DNA from: Gammaproteobacteria bacterium
Lineage (GTDB): Bacteria > Pseudomonadota > Gammaproteobacteria > CAJXQU01
Direction of reading: 5' to 3'
NCBI GenBank assembly: GCA_965238175.1
Contig: CBDEGZ010000003.1
Coordinates: forward strand, 448,001-512,000
Length of the DNA stretch: 64,000 nt
The notes under the pieces are model-generated. The model was given only the letters and a program-made list of their open reading frames with translations, ran no database searches and was not told the origin of the DNA. Shown one piece after another: positions 42,177-51,362 of the stretch (position 1 is its first letter; each line of letters begins with the position of its first letter). A program made the position numbers and the translations under genes.

Positions 42177-43048
42177 ACAACGAATCAAAACCTCCCTCGA
42201 GTATGTTAAAACAGTTTCTGAGACGTCTTTTTAAGCGTCTTCAGAAAGAACCAGATAATAAACAACAGCTCACCGAAATTTTGCGTGATGCGGAAAAACA
42301 CAATCTAATTAAACCGGATGCTTTAACAATGATGGAAGGCGCATTACTTGTTTCCGAGCTTCAGGTACGTGACATTATGGTGCCGCGATCACAAATGGTC
42401 GTTGTGCTGGAAGATATGGAATTCGAGGAGTATTTACCAGTTATTGTAGAATCTGGCCACTCACGCTTTCCGATGATGGATGAAAAACATGAGCATGTGA
42501 CGGGTATTTTGTTAGCCAAAGATATGCTTACCTGTGTTGCCGAAGGTGGCGTTGAAGATTTCAGTGTTCGTGATGTATTGCGACAACCTATCTTTGTTCC
42601 TGAAAGTAAACGGCTAAATATTTTGTTAGCCGAGTTTCGTCGTAGTCGCAATCATATGGCGATTGTCATTGATGAATATGGTGCGGTTGATGGCCTGGTC
42701 ACAATAGAAGATGTAATTGAACAAATTGTTGGTGAGATTGATGATGAGCACGATTTAGAAGATGAAGAATTTGTGCGTAAACATGATGAAGATTTATTTA
42801 CACTTAAAGCGCAAATGCCATTGGATGAATTTAATGAATATTTCTCTACAGAATTTGTAGATGATGAGAACGAAACTATCGGTGGTGTTATCGTTGATGC
42901 TTTTGGATACCTTCCCAAGCGTGGTGAAGTTCTTGAATATGGTGGTTTTAAGTTTGAAGTAATGCGAGCTGATCGTCGCCGAATTTTGATCATGAAAATA
43001 GAGCCCGTCGTTCAAAATATTGAGCCTACTGAAATATCGAATGCTTAA
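42173..43048 (+). CDS. corC: CorC/YbeX CBS-domain protein
   Basis: VRDIMVPR, SGHSRFP, VTIEDVIEQIVGEIDDE. Confidence 0.94.
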   Translation: MNNESKPPSSMLKQFLRRLFKRLQKEPDNKQQLTEILRDAEKHNLIKPDALTMMEGALLVSELQVRDIMVPRSQMVVVLEDMEFEEYLPVIVESGHSRFPMMDEKHEHVTGILLAKDMLTCVAEGGVEDFSVRDVLRQPIFVPESKRLNILLAEFRRSRNHMAIVIDEYGAVDGLVTIEDVIEQIVGEIDDEHDLEDEEFVRKHDEDLFTLKAQMPLDEFNEYFSTEFVDDENETIGGVIVDAFGYLPKRGEVLEYGGFKFEVMRADRRRILIMKIEPVVQNIEPTEISNA

Positions 43049-44516
43049 CTATTTGATCGCGATAATTGCTGGCGCTCTGATGCCGCTAGCTTTTGCTCCT
43101 TTTGGTTTTTTTCCTGTCGCCATCTTCTCTTTAGCCGTTTTGTTTTACCTTTGTTTGGAATTATCACCCAATAAGGCCTTTAGAATTGGCTTATTATACG
43201 GTTTGGGATATTTCGCGGTTGGAGTTTCTTGGTTACAGATCAGTATTCACCAATTTGGATTACCGGTGCTGGCTTTCTCTATTTCCATGACGATCCTTTT
43301 TATTCTTTTGATCGCGCTTTTTCCTGCGCTTACAACCTATTGCACCTCGCGATTCTTTCGACAAAGTCATACGCAAAAATTATTAATTAGTTACCCAGCA
43401 TTTTGGGTAATTTTTGAGTGGATCCGTAGTTGGATATTTACAGGATTTCCGTGGTTAACGGTAGGATATAGTCAGATAGATAGTCCATTACTTGGTATTG
43501 GATCAGTGACAGGAATTTATGGGATTAGTTTCTTCGTAGCAATTACTGCCGGTGCGTTAACATTGTTAGTAACAGAGCGAAAATCTGTTTTGATTCTATT
43601 CTTTGCCATAGTTATTCCTATGTGGACAGGATCTTATTTACTAAAAAATATTGAATGGACAAAAACGAAAGGTGAAGAAATAAAGGTTGCACTTATTCAA
43701 GGGAATATAGCCCAAGAAATAAAATGGTTACCCAAACAAAAACAGATTACATTGGACTTATACAGCAAACTTTCTGAATCCTATTGGGATAAATCTGATT
43801 TGATCATCTGGCCAGAAACGGCACTTCCTGCATTTATGCATGACATTCCTGAATTTATGAATGACCTCAGTGAGAGAGCAAAAAATAGTTCGACAGATAT
43901 TATGCTCGGTATGCCTACACTAGATCCTGAAACAGGGAAATATTACAACAGCATGGTGAGTTTGGGTAAGGACACTCATATATATCATAAGCAACATTTA
44001 GTTCCTTTTGGAGAATATCTACCGCTTAAAAAGTGGATCGATCCGATTCTGAAATTTCTACAAATTCCAATGTCAGATTTTAGTAAAGGTGAAGCTAAAA
44101 AGAATTTGATCAAAACCTCAAAATATTCGATTGGTATTTCCGTTTGTTATGAAGATGTCTTCGGAGAAGAAGTGATCACCGGATTGCCGGAAGCGGATTT
44201 TTTGATCAATGTGAGTAATGACGCTTGGTTTGGTGATTCTCTAGCGCCACACCAACATTTAGAAATGGCGAGGATGCGAGCATTTGAGACCGGTCGTTAT
44301 TTGGTCCGCTCAACGAATACAGGTATCAGTGCGATAATTAATCAAAAAGGACAGGTGGCTAAACTTGCACCTCAGTTTGAAAAAGTGACTTTATCTGCAG
44401 ATATTCGTGCTTTTGAGGGACGTACGCCTTACGCTAAATTTGGAAATTCACCAATAATAATTTTCTGTTTTATCTTGTTAGGTTTTAGTGCTATTCGCGA
44501 ACGCGATAAAATTTAG
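43041..44516 (+). CDS. lnt: Apolipoprotein N-acyltransferase
   Basis: GFPWL, IWPE, KQHLVPFGEY, VCYED, SNDAWFG; start at 43041 inferred. Confidence 0.96.
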   Translation: MLNYLIAIIAGALMPLAFAPFGFFPVAIFSLAVLFYLCLELSPNKAFRIGLLYGLGYFAVGVSWLQISIHQFGLPVLAFSISMTILFILLIALFPALTTYCTSRFFRQSHTQKLLISYPAFWVIFEWIRSWIFTGFPWLTVGYSQIDSPLLGIGSVTGIYGISFFVAITAGALTLLVTERKSVLILFFAIVIPMWTGSYLLKNIEWTKTKGEEIKVALIQGNIAQEIKWLPKQKQITLDLYSKLSESYWDKSDLIIWPETALPAFMHDIPEFMNDLSERAKNSSTDIMLGMPTLDPETGKYYNSMVSLGKDTHIYHKQHLVPFGEYLPLKKWIDPILKFLQIPMSDFSKGEAKKNLIKTSKYSIGISVCYEDVFGEEVITGLPEADFLINVSNDAWFGDSLAPHQHLEMARMRAFETGRYLVRSTNTGISAIINQKGQVAKLAPQFEKVTLSADIRAFEGRTPYAKFGNSPIIIFCFILLGFSAIRERDKI

Positions 44517-44884
44517 TTGTGTAACAATTCGCGCAAAGTGGAATATGGTCGACACTTATGGAAGTGTAGATCATGCCCACATTCGTTATAGCTTAATGTG
44601 CCAGGCCTAGTAATTTCACCTGTATGTCATCAGCAACTTTTGCATTCTGAGCTAAGTCATCAAGCGTGATTCTGATATGTTGGAGAACCAATTTTTTTGT
44701 CGTGCCTATATATTCAGAAGCATTATCTATATCTATATCTTGGCGTAGATTAAGTTTCGATTTTTTTGAGCTTCTTCTTTGGTGATTTCACCAAGTTCGA
44801 TCATGCAGCTCAACTGCATGCTCAACTAAATTATTTAGTTGAGGTTTTGTCTAGCATTTTTTGTGAATTTTCTTGAAAGAAATA

Positions 44885-47032
44885 TCAGTTTCTAGGCATA
44901 GGCAGGCTGATTAAAAAATTTGTTCCTTTATCAGGCTGAGATTTCACAGTCAAAGTTCCACCATGGGCCTTTATTAAATTGTAACTAACAGCTAACCCCA
45001 ATCCTGTACCACCATCATCCAATTTTGTCGTAAAGAATGGATCAAAAATGAAAGGCAAATCTTTATTTTGGATCCCGCATCCTTGATCTGATATATGAAA
45101 TTCAACGTGGTTTGTGACCTTGTTATGATTTGTTTTTATTACTACATTTTGGTTTGTCGATGAGAGTGAATCCAATGCATTAATAACAAGGTTTATAATG
45201 ACTTGTTCCAATTGTTGGCTATTACCATTGATGGGCGGTATGTTTTCAGTAAGTTTTAGATCCAATAAAGTAGTTTTTTTATTTATTTGAGGTCGAATTA
45301 AGTCACACGCTGAGTTAACGATTTTATTAAGATCGACCTTTATAAATTCTTGTTTGTCACCACGTCGTGAGAAGCTCTTTAAATTTTCGACGATGGACTG
45401 AATACGTTTACTACCACTGTGAATTGAGCCGATTAACTCTGGTACCGTTTCACGCATCTCCTCATAGGGTAATCCTGCAAGGCTGATTTCGGATTGATCG
45501 GATATATTTGTATACTCATCCAAAATTTTGCGCATATCCAACCACATTTCACCCAATAGAGTTGAATTTATCTGGATTAAATTATTCGGGTTATTTACTT
45601 CGTGAGCCATGCCTGAAACCATTAATCCAAGTGAAGACATTTTATCGGCCTGCAGTAATTGTAATTCTTGATCGCGAGTTATTTTTTCCAATTGTTTTTG
45701 TTTACTAATATCTCTTGCAATGAACATCATGCATTTTTCAGCCTGGATTTCGATCAAAACACATGAGATAGAAAAGGTTAATACAGTTCCATCCTTAATA
45801 CGTAAATCAGAAATATGATTTGTTACTTTTCCTTCTTTTTGGGTTTTTTCAAAAAGTTGAGCACGAGCCTCAGTGTCTACCCATATATCCAGGTTCAACA
45901 TATTGCGGCCAATGAGATCTTGCGCAGCATAACCTAAAATTTGGTCTGCACCATTGTTTATTGCAATAATACATTCTTGATTATCAAGTGAAGTGATTGC
46001 GATAATATCAGGGCTTGCGTGGAACGCTTTATAGAATTTTTCTTCAGATTTAATGAATGCATATTCGGTTTTTTTCTTATCGATGGCATTGACAAACATT
46101 TCACCAATAATTTTTAGCAAGGCTATATTGTCATCATCCCAGATTTTTTCTTTGGTTAGCGAATCAAACCCAAGTGTACCGACAAATTTTCCTCTCAATG
46201 TCAGTGGCACATAAATGGTTGATTTGAATTCAAGTGACTGATATAGCCTTTTAACCAAAGCTGCTTCTGGAGGTAATTCATCCAGGCTTTGTAACTGAAT
46301 TACATTAAGCTGTACAAATTGCCCAATCAGCCATGGATAGTTTTCTTTTGAAATATTTTCTAAAATTGAATTTCGAGGTTCTACTTTATCAGCACACCAC
46401 TCATAGACCTTTTCCACATGATTTTGATCTTCTGAAAAGATTAGAATATTACTATGTTCATCTCCAACAAATTCCGTGATTTTTTTTAGTGAGTCTACGA
46501 TGGCACCATCAATCTCATATCCTTGTAAATTGATAAAACGTGTAGACAGCTTTGTAATTAATGCGCTGAGTTGTTCTTTATGTTGAAGCGTTTCTTTAGT
46601 TTTTGTCTGTAAGGTAATATCTGACTCGGTACCCCATATTCTGATCAGGTGACCATCTTCCACTGTCCCGACCATGCTGGTCGATAGAATTAGATCTTTA
46701 TTATTAGAATCAATGCAATAGGCAATATCATTATTAATTTGATATCCAGATTTAATAAATCTATCAAGCAACAGCCGATTTTTTTTATTGCTTTCAGGAA
46801 AGATTGATTCGAAGTTGAAATCTTTTAAATTTCTCGTTTTATTGAGACAAAAAATATTTTCCAAGGCATAATTTACCTCTTCAAAATTACCTTTCTCTTT
46901 AATCAGTTCCAGTTGTTTCTCCAAAGGTAAATTAATATTGATTCCGGGACTAAATTCTATTCTCCAAATACCCTCAGTGCTATTGCGAATAAAAGATCTA
47001 TAATGCTCTTCAGAATTGATTAAACGTTCCAT
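44885..47032 (-). CDS. PAS/GAF sensor histidine kinase (NtrB-like core)
   Basis: H-box AHEVNNP, LEQVIINLVINA, DQGCGI, FDPFFTTK, GTGLGL. Confidence 0.9.
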   Translation of the reverse strand: MERLINSEEHYRSFIRNSTEGIWRIEFSPGININLPLEKQLELIKEKGNFEEVNYALENIFCLNKTRNLKDFNFESIFPESNKKNRLLLDRFIKSGYQINNDIAYCIDSNNKDLILSTSMVGTVEDGHLIRIWGTESDITLQTKTKETLQHKEQLSALITKLSTRFINLQGYEIDGAIVDSLKKITEFVGDEHSNILIFSEDQNHVEKVYEWCADKVEPRNSILENISKENYPWLIGQFVQLNVIQLQSLDELPPEAALVKRLYQSLEFKSTIYVPLTLRGKFVGTLGFDSLTKEKIWDDDNIALLKIIGEMFVNAIDKKKTEYAFIKSEEKFYKAFHASPDIIAITSLDNQECIIAINNGADQILGYAAQDLIGRNMLNLDIWVDTEARAQLFEKTQKEGKVTNHISDLRIKDGTVLTFSISCVLIEIQAEKCMMFIARDISKQKQLEKITRDQELQLLQADKMSSLGLMVSGMAHEVNNPNNLIQINSTLLGEMWLDMRKILDEYTNISDQSEISLAGLPYEEMRETVPELIGSIHSGSKRIQSIVENLKSFSRRGDKQEFIKVDLNKIVNSACDLIRPQINKKTTLLDLKLTENIPPINGNSQQLEQVIINLVINALDSLSSTNQNVVIKTNHNKVTNHVEFHISDQGCGIQNKDLPFIFDPFFTTKLDDGGTGLGLAVSYNLIKAHGGTLTVKSQPDKGTNFLISLPMPRN

Positions 47033-47886
47033 AAGAATTTTTTTTCGCTGACAATAGTGGAGAGAATTAAGGTTAAGAAAGCTAAAATAGAAATAACGAT
47101 TTGTAGTGAACTAATGTGCTTGTACGTGAGAACACCACTAAACCTCAGTATTGCCCATGGAAGCAGCGGATATAATATATAAGGAAAGGTAATCGACAAA
47201 TTGGGATTATCTACTTGATTATTAAAAACAAAATTTGATAGTAAAAAGGTAAAGGATAATAAAATTACTAACTCCACGAGTTTAGGCAAACTAATTTTTG
47301 CAAAGGCCTGTGCGTAATGGTTAAAAAAGACAATTGCAGGCGTGACAGTTAGCATCCCTAAAACATCAGTCAATGACCAAATTTGCCAGTTTGACCAATA
47401 ATTTGTTTCTGGGTTGGTATTGATTATAAAGTAGGCGCCGATTAAGCCACTGACTGTGGCTACGATTAAGATAACAACTACAAATTTTAAAACATGTTGT
47501 AGTTTAGAAAAGTTTAGAGTATCTCCGGTAAGCTGTCGAATTAACCAAGCACCAAGAATTACTTCAACAATCTTGGTTAAATGAAAGCCTGTAGCAATGC
47601 CTAGTCCCTTATCGATATCATCTATTTCAAACAGAAGCTTGATCGCGATTGAAGTGAATATGAAATAGATCCACTTTTTATAAGGTGACAGAATAAGTGC
47701 GGCAAGGTGCAGACCCGCTGCGACGGAAATAAGGTAAGAGTCTCCGTGAAGAACACGTAGGTTGAGTCCGAGTTTGCAGGTGAAATAATAAGCAGATCCA
47801 AAGATTACAAGGTTCATCCAGAAAGGGATCATGTTATCTATTCGCGAGATCATGGTGTCGGTGTCAATGTCTTTCAAGTGTTCCAT
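47020..47886 (-). CDS. MASE1-domain membrane sensor, probably the split N-terminal part of the kinase
   Basis: Multiple TM helices, WQIWSLTDVLGMLTVTP, PLLPWAILRF; ends at an A8 run overlapping the kinase start. Confidence 0.75.
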   Translation of the reverse strand: MEHLKDIDTDTMISRIDNMIPFWMNLVIFGSAYYFTCKLGLNLRVLHGDSYLISVAAGLHLAALILSPYKKWIYFIFTSIAIKLLFEIDDIDKGLGIATGFHLTKIVEVILGAWLIRQLTGDTLNFSKLQHVLKFVVVILIVATVSGLIGAYFIINTNPETNYWSNWQIWSLTDVLGMLTVTPAIVFFNHYAQAFAKISLPKLVELVILLSFTFLLSNFVFNNQVDNPNLSITFPYILYPLLPWAILRFSGVLTYKHISSLQIVISILAFLTLILSTIVSEKKFLWNV

Positions 47887-48299
47887 TGATTATATACCTG
47901 TGCCATCTGGAAATGCAGATTTCAGCGAGTCCAAGCATCTACACAGGAAGGCAGTGTACGCCGAGAACGGCCTAGTGTGTAATTTGGCCATTTCCAGGTG
48001 GCACGGGTATAGATAGATTGGAATTTGCATTTCATAGTATAACGACTAATCGCATTAAATTCTTTTTAAGCGGCTTTACAATATAAACACATGAGCAGAG
48101 AATCCACGACTATGAATTTCAATTCTTTATGACAAACCGACAAGAACCGTTTGCATAAGCTTATTAGGTGGCGTGGTCGTATGTGTCCTGGAGAAAATTT
48201 ATAACCTGAGTAACAAATAAATTTCAAAAGGCTGCGATTGTTAAAAATCGCGGCTTTGTTTGCATTTTTAAGATGAACTACAGCAAATCATTATAAAAT

Positions 48300-48730
48300 A
48301 TAAGCTACCAATAGCATTTTTTATTGTTATATGGATCACAACACCTTTAGCCAACAAATGGAGTGGCGATGGTGTGGGTTTTACACTTGTTATAATGAGT
48401 CAAATGATTATTGGGGTTATCGCTTATGTTTTATGCTGCTCCTGCATATATTCTAAAGTTAGTTGATTTTTGATGGCGTTATACTTGAAAGTATTTCTAT
48501 AAGAGTCGTGTTCTCGATCGTTTATTTAGGAATAATTGGTTCTGTCATTAGGTTTTGCCTTGTACTATTTTATCTTAAAGCAGATCGAAGTAAGTCGAGT
48601 TGCATTGATCACCTTAATAACGCCAGTAATAGCATTACTACTTGGGAATTGGCTAAGTGGTAAACTTTTAACTTTACAAATATGGCTAGACCCCATTCTT
48701 ATTTACTAGGTTTATATTGCTATGAACCAC
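48300..48730 (+). pseudogene. EamA/DMT family transporter remnant
   Basis: IWITTPLANKWSGDGVGF followed closely by SIVYLGIIGSV and SRVALITLITPVIALLLG, with frameshifts and stops. Confidence 0.75.
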
Positions 48731-48793
48731 GGGCGCAAACAATCTAATGTATAACGCTCTCAGAATACAAACATTCAAGTTAAGGTTGCACTA

Positions 48794-50551
48794 ATGGACA
48801 TTATATTTAGAGAATATTGCTCTGTTATCTGGCAGAAAAAATGGGCCTTTTCACTATGCCTTATTGCCTTGGCCACGGCGACATTTTTTGATTACTATGC
48901 CCCCATTTTTTACAAAAATATTGCAAATGGTTTTGCACAGCCTTTTTCTGATAATACTTTGCAAATATTGTATGAAAACTTGTCGATGGTCGCACTTTTT
49001 TATGCAGGTATTTGGGTGTCTTTTCGCTTGCTTGAGGTCGGTATTATTCCAGTTGATGGCGGTGGAGTAAATTTACTGGAGAAACGGTGTTTTGAGGTTT
49101 TACAAAAACAAAAATACGAGTTTTTTGAAAATAGTTTTTCCGGCAGTTTGATTAAACAAGCTAATCGTTTTTCACGATCATTTGAAACGATAATGGATTG
49201 GTTTCTATTCCAATTTTTCCAGAGCATTATCGCGATCATCATTTCTTTTGTGATTTTTTATCAGCAACAAAAAGAGTTTGCGATCTACTTTTTAATCTGG
49301 GTAATTATGTTCATCACCTGGAATGTTGGCTATTCCATATGGAAACTGCGCTTTGATAAGGCGGTGGCCAAAGCAGACTCTGTTGTTGGTGCAAAATATT
49401 CGGATGCAATTAGTAATATTTTCATTGTTAAAAGTTTTGCCCGCGAAGCATCTGAGCAGCTAGGAGTAGATCTAGCTGCCGATGAGGTACTCAGAAAAAA
49501 AACCATCGCCTGGATTTTGATGTTTATTTCTTATGCAGTTCAGGGACTGATGACCTTTACCATAGAGCTATTGTTGGTTTATTTGATGATCAAAAAATGG
49601 GAAATGGGTAATTTTGAGGTGGGAGAGTTTGTTTTATTTCAAGCAATCTTATTATTGTTAATTCACCGGCTTTGGGATTTTGGACGCAATTTCAGGAATT
49701 TTTTCACGGCACTTGCTGATGCCGCAGAAATGGCAGAAGTATTCCGTCGCGATGATACTGAAAAAGACACTATTGGTGCTCAGGAAATCGAGATCAAAAA
49801 AGGGGAAATTAATTTTGAATCTCTGTCTTTCAACTACAATAAAAAAGATCAAAAAATTTCAGGATTGTTTGAAAATTTTTCACTCAATATTAAGACAGGA
49901 GAGAAAGTTGCCTTAGTTGGACATTCAGGATCAGGCAAAACCTCGTTAACGAAATTACTATTCCGTTTTTTTGACCCTCAGTCAGGGCGGATCTGCTTTG
50001 ATGGCATAGATGCAAAAAATTATACACTGGCCTCTTTACGAAAACAGATATCGTTGGTTCCACAACAACCGGAATTATTTCATCGCACCATTAAAGAAAA
50101 TATTAGTCTAGGTAAAGATATTTCAGAACAGCAGTTGATTAATGTTGCTCGCAAATCACATAGCATGGAATTTATCGAAAAGCTTCCTGATCAATTTGAG
50201 ACTTTAGTTGGTGAGCGTGGTGTAAAACTGTCAGGTGGTGAGAAACAACGCATAGCGATCGCAAGGGCCTTTCTGGAGGAAGCGCCGATTGTTGTTTTAG
50301 ATGAAGCTACCAGCGCGCTGGATTCTCTAACGGAGAAACAAATTCAGGTATCAATTTTTGATCTCATTGAGAATAAGACTGCTATCGTAATCGCGCATCG
50401 CTTATCGACGATTTTGAGAATGGATCGAATAGTAGTGTTAGAAGCGGGAAAAATTATTGAACAAGGAACGCATCAGCAATTGCTAGATCAGAAAGGCAAA
50501 TATTTCTCTATGTGGCAACACCAGAGTGGCGATTTTTTAGTTGAAGAATAG
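48794..50551 (+). CDS. ABC exporter, fused permease/ATPase half-transporter
   Basis: TM domain plus GHSGSGKT, LSGGEKQR, LDEATSALD, IAHRLST. Confidence 0.93.
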   Translation: MDIIFREYCSVIWQKKWAFSLCLIALATATFFDYYAPIFYKNIANGFAQPFSDNTLQILYENLSMVALFYAGIWVSFRLLEVGIIPVDGGGVNLLEKRCFEVLQKQKYEFFENSFSGSLIKQANRFSRSFETIMDWFLFQFFQSIIAIIISFVIFYQQQKEFAIYFLIWVIMFITWNVGYSIWKLRFDKAVAKADSVVGAKYSDAISNIFIVKSFAREASEQLGVDLAADEVLRKKTIAWILMFISYAVQGLMTFTIELLLVYLMIKKWEMGNFEVGEFVLFQAILLLLIHRLWDFGRNFRNFFTALADAAEMAEVFRRDDTEKDTIGAQEIEIKKGEINFESLSFNYNKKDQKISGLFENFSLNIKTGEKVALVGHSGSGKTSLTKLLFRFFDPQSGRICFDGIDAKNYTLASLRKQISLVPQQPELFHRTIKENISLGKDISEQQLINVARKSHSMEFIEKLPDQFETLVGERGVKLSGGEKQRIAIARAFLEEAPIVVLDEATSALDSLTEKQIQVSIFDLIENKTAIVIAHRLSTILRMDRIVVLEAGKIIEQGTHQQLLDQKGKYFSMWQHQSGDFLVEE

Positions 50552-50567
50552 GTTTTAGCAGAAAGAT

Positions 50568-51065
50568 TTATGAGTCTTCTGTACGGATATATCTCAACCA
50601 ACTTTTAATTTGTTGGTATTTAACTTCTCCGAGCACAGATTGATATTCATGTTTGCTGTTGTGAAAAAATGTATTGGGTAATTCACCTTGCCAGTTACGA
50701 TCAATGTAAGAAAACATTTGTTCCGAATCATCAGAAAAAACCCACAGTTTATCGGCTTTAATCCCGCTTTTATTTGAGAAATGCTTAACCATTTTCTCAT
50801 CAAGTCCAGCATCAGTTGAAACCAGAACGACATTAAGTTCTGGGTGTCTTGGCTGTAGTTTGCCGAGCATATTCATTTCTTTGAAACAATAGCCACAGTC
50901 TTTTGACCAAAATACGAGCAGAAAGGGTTGATCTTTGAGTTCAGCTTTAATTTCTTGTAATGAACCCCTTTTGAATTTTTGCACAATAACGTCTTCTGCG
51001 AGCACGCTTAATGGCAACATTACAACGGAGGATAGAAGTAAAAAATAGTTAATCAGGCTTCTCAT
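50568..51065 (-). CDS. Exported TlpA/thioredoxin-like protein
   Basis: Signal peptide, FWSKDCGYC, WQGELP. Confidence 0.8.
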   Translation of the reverse strand: MRSLINYFLLLSSVVMLPLSVLAEDVIVQKFKRGSLQEIKAELKDQPFLLVFWSKDCGYCFKEMNMLGKLQPRHPELNVVLVSTDAGLDEKMVKHFSNKSGIKADKLWVFSDDSEQMFSYIDRNWQGELPNTFFHNSKHEYQSVLGEVKYQQIKSWLRYIRTEDS

Positions 51066-51362
51066 TTTAGATCCAGTCTGTCTTTGAACTGGTTGAATTT
51101 TATATAAAACGGTAAGCTCATGCTAGTCTTAGATATAGTTTAAGGGTTCACAGCTGTGATTTAAACTGAGGATCGGGCAATTAATTGAGCCAATATTTTG
51201 GCTAATCTATCAATGGATTTACAAACAGGGAGTATTAGACGTTTTTTTGACACCTTGAACATCGACACAACAGTGGCAAGTTATATACCCGTGCTATTTG
51301 GAACGGAGGTTTAAATAACTCTATCGTTCTTGCTGGCAAGGCGTGTATGGGGTCAATTTGAT

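Noticed and set aside
47997-48015. TGGCAC as a sigma54 promoter
   Set aside because: No TTGC at the -12 position and it faces away from the kinase genes
48060-48262. Possible sRNA or small ORF ending at the hairpin GCTGCGATT...AATCGCGGC-TTTGTTT
   Set aside because: The hairpin is visible but I could not assign a promoter, ORF or RNA family
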